Shown: positions 60,161-64,000 of the stretch, one piece after another
Position numbering within the stretch: position 1 is the stretch's first letter
Layout of the letters: each line of letters starts with the position of its first letter
Source of the DNA: an uncultured delta proteobacterium
GTDB lineage: Bacteria > Desulfobacterota > Binatia > Binatales > Binataceae
Assembly: GCA_963724765.1 (NCBI GenBank)
Contig: CAVRVY010000003.1
Coordinates: 608,001-672,000 of the forward strand
DNA: 64,000 nucleotides
Reading direction: 5' to 3'
Position numbers and translations under genes: made by a program
Notes under the pieces: generated by a model
The model's database searches: none
Told to the model about the DNA's origin: nothing
What the model saw: only the letters and a program-made list of their open reading frames with translations

Positions 60161-60620
60161 CTTCCTTCGCGACGGCAGATGGCGCCGCCCCATGGCTACT
60201 CGGAATACACCCGAGAGGTGTTACTATAGTGCATGCCATCGCATGGCGGAGTGGTTCGCCTGTGCCCGAAGATGGATCAATCTCCAGCGGCATCGCAATC
60301 CGCAGTTGCAGCACCCCACTAGAGTGTATCGTTTAAAAAGTACAGGGCCTATCATGCCAAGCAGCGACACGCCCCTTTCCCGAACTGTAAAGGGGTACAA
60401 TTCATGAAAAAGATCACCGTAATAATACCAAGCTATAACAATCGCCAATGGTATGAGCGTAACCTCTCTTCTGTCGCTCACTCTCGACGGTGTTCGCGCC
60501 GGACGTCATGGTCGATCGGCCGCGTGGGTGCTTAGTTCGATCATCTCTGGCCGAATTGCAAATGGAGAAGGACTCGTTGGGGGATGCGGCAGTCCGATGC
60601 GAACCGCTCTCTCCGGGTTC

Positions 60621-60683
60621 GTCAACCGGTTGACACTATGGGGCGGTTGACACGCGGTGGTTGACAGCTACACGAAGTTGACA
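60621..60683. repeat. Array of four GTTGACA boxes plus a 14-bp palindrome
   Basis: GTTGACA at 60629, 60646, 60660 and 60677; GTCAACCGGTTGAC at 60621-60634. Confidence 0.75.
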
Positions 60684-61030
60684 ATGCAGGGAACGTACAT
60701 CATATCAAACGTTGTTTTATACAAGACTGCGGGCCCAAGGACAAGCGTCCACTCGGAGGTTCTGCCGGGATCACGATTGGGTCGAGGTTGGGAAAGCGTA
60801 CGGCTCGCGGCCTCGAGCGGTTGTAACCCATCGCGAAGCTGTCGTGTGGCAACATCCTGTCGCCTCATATGCGACCGACGATCAATCGATACTGAAGGAG
60901 CCTTTCTCTATTGCGCGGCAATCGGGACTGGTTGCGTTTATAGTTCTCGCGTGGCCACCTCGACTTCTAATCCATAGCCTTAAAGTTGCAAGAGTGATAA
61001 ACCGCGAATGGTTCCGCAGAGAGGTGCGCC

Positions 61031-62602
61031 GTGCATTGCTTCAGCTGTGGCTCTGGGAATGCAGAGACTGCGAAATTCTGCGATGAGTGCTCAGCACTGC
61101 TCTCTCTGCTGTGTCCTGCCTGCGGTAGAGCGAATCGGACGAACGCGAAATTCTGCAGCGGGTGCGCCACTTCGCTCGGAGCCGCCGCGCCGCGTCCAGC
61201 GGAGAGGTCGCACCCTCCATCTTTATCAATCACGACCGCCGCGGATCCCAATTCTTGCAGCGCCGAGGGTGAGCGGCGTCACTTATCCGTGCTGTTCTGT
61301 GACTTGGTAGGTTCGACCGGAATAGCAGCCAACCTTGATCCTGAAGACTGGCGCGAAACCCTAACCAGCTATTACCGCACCGCAACAGAAGCAATCGTGC
61401 GGTTCGGCGGATATGTCGCCCAATTTCTCGGAGACGGCCTATTGGTCTTCTTTGGTTACCCCGAGGCGCATGAGGACGATCCGCAGAGAGCGGTGCTTGC
61501 AGGGCTTGCGATCCTTAATGGGATGCGTGCGCTGAACAGCCGCATTGCGAACGACCGGTTACCTAAGCTCGCGGCGCGGATCGGGATACACAGCGGATCT
61601 GTGGTCGCAGGCGAGAGCAACGGCAAGGGAGCTAATGTGTTCGGCGACGTTCCCAACCTCGCTTCTCGGGTGCAGACCGCGGCAGCCCCCGACACGGTCC
61701 TGATAACCGCGGCTGTACATCACCTCGTGTCCGGACTTTTTGTGGTCGAAGATCGAGGTGAGCAACAGCTCAAGGGCGTCGAGCAACCGATTCGGTTGTT
61801 CCGCGTTATCCAGCCTAGCAGAGCGCGGGGCCGACTCGCTGCCGCGGCTGTTCAAAGACTAACATCTTTTGTCGGCCGCGAGGACGAATTGCGTTTCCTC
61901 CTGAACCGCTGGGATCAGGTGCGAGAGGGAGAGGGTCAGGTAGTGCTGGTACTAGGCGAAGCGGGAATTGGAAAGTCCCGCCTCGTCGAGCGTTTTCGTG
62001 AACAGATCGCGGATGATCCACATACCTGGGTTGAATCCGCGGCCGCCTTGTTACACCAGAACACACCCTTCTACACAGTGGAGGACATGCTGCAGCAGGG
62101 ATTGCGCTGGCGCGGTGAGCAGAGCGCGGACGAGCGCATTGCCGGACTCGAAGCATCCCTCAAGCTGGCGGGCGTCAAGCTCAGCGAAGCGGTTCCGCTA
62201 ATAGCGCCACTTATGAAACTGACGATTCCTGAAAGATACCTGCCGTCGCAAATGCCACCGGATCAACAGCGTAAGCGGCTTTTGGCGATAATCGGCGCGT
62301 GGGCATTCGGAACAGCACGAATCCAGCCACTCGTAATCGTGATTGAGGACCTGCATTGGGCCGATCCGTCAACCCTAGACAGAGCTGATGAACCATGGAG
62401 CCAAAGTTCAAAGCCGCTGCCAGACTGTACGGGTGGGACAGTTAAGCAAGGCAAACCTGAAAACATCAGGGCGACGCTCCCCCACATCTATGGCTGGTTT
62501 AGGGAGGGCTTTGACACTGCTGATTTAAGAGAAGCCAAAGCGCTGCTCGAGGAAAATCTGCCAGCGGCGGAGGAACTGAAGATTTCGCGACCAGAGACTT
62601 GA
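61031..62602 (+). CDS. Double zinc ribbon + class III nucleotide cyclase + partial AAA ATPase (internally deleted)
   Basis: CxxC pairs, ERRHLSVLFCDLVGST, GDG, GEAGIGKS, EDLHWAD; jumps to the family C-terminus IYGWFREGFDTADLREAKALL. Confidence 0.8.
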   Translation: MHCFSCGSGNAETAKFCDECSALLSLLCPACGRANRTNAKFCSGCATSLGAAAPRPAERSHPPSLSITTAADPNSCSAEGERRHLSVLFCDLVGSTGIAANLDPEDWRETLTSYYRTATEAIVRFGGYVAQFLGDGLLVFFGYPEAHEDDPQRAVLAGLAILNGMRALNSRIANDRLPKLAARIGIHSGSVVAGESNGKGANVFGDVPNLASRVQTAAAPDTVLITAAVHHLVSGLFVVEDRGEQQLKGVEQPIRLFRVIQPSRARGRLAAAAVQRLTSFVGREDELRFLLNRWDQVREGEGQVVLVLGEAGIGKSRLVERFREQIADDPHTWVESAAALLHQNTPFYTVEDMLQQGLRWRGEQSADERIAGLEASLKLAGVKLSEAVPLIAPLMKLTIPERYLPSQMPPDQQRKRLLAIIGAWAFGTARIQPLVIVIEDLHWADPSTLDRADEPWSQSSKPLPDCTGGTVKQGKPENIRATLPHIYGWFREGFDTADLREAKALLEENLPAAEELKISRPET

Positions 62603-62761
62603 ATACAGGTGCTGTCGAGCCACACATTCGTGCCCCCCCCCGAACATCACCGGAACTGAAGGGCCGATCGCGAGATTCTCTTCTTACGGAGCCGAACGGT
62701 CGTAGAATGAAACGACTAAACAATCATGGTTCATAAGGTGCACACGTAGGGAGGACAATCA

Positions 62762-63214
62762 TTGAAGGACACGGCAAGAAGAGAGAAAGAAAAAAACTCG
62801 CAGGCAGATGAGGAAACCCGCACAAGAGGAGGCAATCTGAGTACCTTCCCGGATACAAAGGCTGGCTTGGAAGGTTTTTTCCTCGCAGCCTGTGACGTAT
62901 TTAACAAAAATTCGGATGATACAATCGATGGTGCTTTAGATGAAAATGTGACCGTCTTCTCCATCTCGCAGCATACAGATTATAATGGCATAAGCGCTGT
63001 TGAGCGCTACTTTAAGGATCAATTTTTGGACAGCCCACAATTTAACCCGCTCGCATATAATGTCGACATCAGTAGCGACAACCTTTCCGGCAGTATCGTT
63101 GGCACGGCGAAGTGGCTAGATGAAAACGGGAAAGATTCGCTTCACTTTGTTTTTAAATGTATCTGGAATTCAAACAAAAACCGATGGCTGTTTCTGAACT
63201 TATATGCTTGGTGA
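62762..63214 (+). CDS. NTF2/SnoaL-like small protein (start uncertain, possibly CTG at 62837)
   Basis: Helix-helix-strand pattern (ALDENVTV...GISAVERYF) and C-terminal W-strand; AGGAGG before 62837. Confidence 0.5.
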   Translation: MKDTARREKEKNSQADEETRTRGGNLSTFPDTKAGLEGFFLAACDVFNKNSDDTIDGALDENVTVFSISQHTDYNGISAVERYFKDQFLDSPQFNPLAYNVDISSDNLSGSIVGTAKWLDENGKDSLHFVFKCIWNSNKNRWLFLNLYAW

Positions 63215-63477
63215 GACGAGCCCCCTCTCAATCTGGTGCAGAATGCAGAACCCTGATGATGTGCAATCTAACGAGCGAGTTGACGGCTTTTTGCCCGAGA
63301 TTGCTTTAAGTATTTTGCATAACCTGAGGCCGCCTCGGCTGTGCGTCGCGTCGAGCGTGCGACAGAGCCTGAGCGCGGCCAGTACTATACGTAATCGTGT
63401 TAGATGTTCCGATGGGGAGAGAGGATAACTTCGTAAAGATCAACAGTGAGCCATATCAGTCCAATTTCCTAACTCGT

Positions 63478-64000
63478 ATGAGTCAGGAGTCTCTTCTCGA
63501 TCCTGAATTGGTCAACTATTACGAAAATAAAACCGCCTCGATAATTCAGCGATACGGTCCGGGGCCGCGCGTGCACTATCATACCGGCTTGGTGGATGAG
63601 CTACCGTCGGCCGGCCTATCGACTCCGGATCTGAGGCAATGGCTGGTGAATGCACAGGAACGGCTACTCTACCACGCTGCTAACGTCTGGGACGCGGGGT
63701 CTACTCTTTGTGGAGATATACTTGATGTGGGCTGTGGCCTTGGCGGTGGTGCCATTTTCTGGGCGCAGGAGTTTGGTGCGCTGGTCACGGCTGTCACCTG
63801 CATTCCTTCGCATGTGGATCTGGTAAAACGGTTTGCCGCGCAGGCCGGAGTCCAGTCTCAGGTACAGCCGCTCCTTTGTGAGGCTCTCGCAGTTCCGGGA
63901 AAAAGCCGTTTTGACGCCGCCGTGGCAGTCGACAGTTCCTGCCACCTCGCACGCAGGGAATGGTTCAGGCGTCTCGCTTCGGTGTTGCGCCCCGGAGGGC
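63478..64000 (+). CDS. SAM-dependent methyltransferase, 3'-partial (sterol/tocopherol/prenyl-diphosphate MT-like)
   Basis: Open frame from ATG 63478 to the window end: RYGPGPRVHYHTG, ILDVGCGLGG, LRPGG. Confidence 0.85.
   Translation, partial: MSQESLLDPELVNYYENKTASIIQRYGPGPRVHYHTGLVDELPSAGLSTPDLRQWLVNAQERLLYHAANVWDAGSTLCGDILDVGCGLGGGAIFWAQEFGALVTAVTCIPSHVDLVKRFAAQAGVQSQVQPLLCEALAVPGKSRFDAAVAVDSSCHLARREWFRRLASVLRPGG

Larger units (their letters stand above)
52831..64000. mobile_element. Genomic island downstream of tRNA-Thr (right end outside the window)
   Basis: Abrupt drop in GC after CCA, pseudogenes and accessory cargo; no integrase or second att seen. Confidence 0.7.

Noticed and set aside
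60621-60683. CRISPR array or integron attC interpretation of the GTTGACA boxes
   Set aside because: Repeats are 7 bp with 7-10 nt gaps; no cas or intI genes, and no CRISPR-like array was seen anywhere in the window.
60224-60977. Short ORFs 60224-60481, 60453-60650 and 60657-60977
   Set aside because: No motifs or convincing RBS; could be remnants but are unsupported.

Overview
GC-rich bacterial chromosome segment. Gene content suggests a deltaproteobacteria-like lineage such as Binatota, but this is inference. Bases 1-52.4 kb are mostly housekeeping and metabolic genes: htpX, a Do protease, PBP1B plus a TPR protein, tsaD-rsmA-mutM, pilD-tmk-holB-ricT-metG, ispH, moa genes, biotin carboxylase, iclR-etfBA, an amidase and ychF. 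Several small A/T-richer inserts interrupt them: a stress cassette (KGG protein, formaldehyde dehydrogenase, ferritin-like protein); a 2-kb HicB/SIR2-like insert bounded by a perfect 30-bp duplication of the etfA 3' end, which also holds a ghost copy of the amidase 3' end; a foreign FadF-like Fe-S oxidoreductase inside the remnants of a resident homolog; and an XRE-ImmA/IrrE plus DUF4411 PIN pair. A genomic island begins after tRNA-Thr(CGT) at 52755-52830. Its most striking content is an ergothioneine-type cluster (HAD phosphatase-egtB-egtD) followed by a redoxin that the ORF track misses. This redoxin has an in-frame UGA in a W-U-P-K-C motif and a SECIS-like hairpin, so it is probably a selenoprotein. 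An unusual GT-B glycosyltransferase and a PyrR-like phosphoribosyltransferase lie next to the cluster, making it a candidate pathway for a modified thiohistidine with its own Sec redox partner. The window ends with an internally deleted nucleotide cyclase, an NTF2-like protein and a partial SAM methyltransferase.
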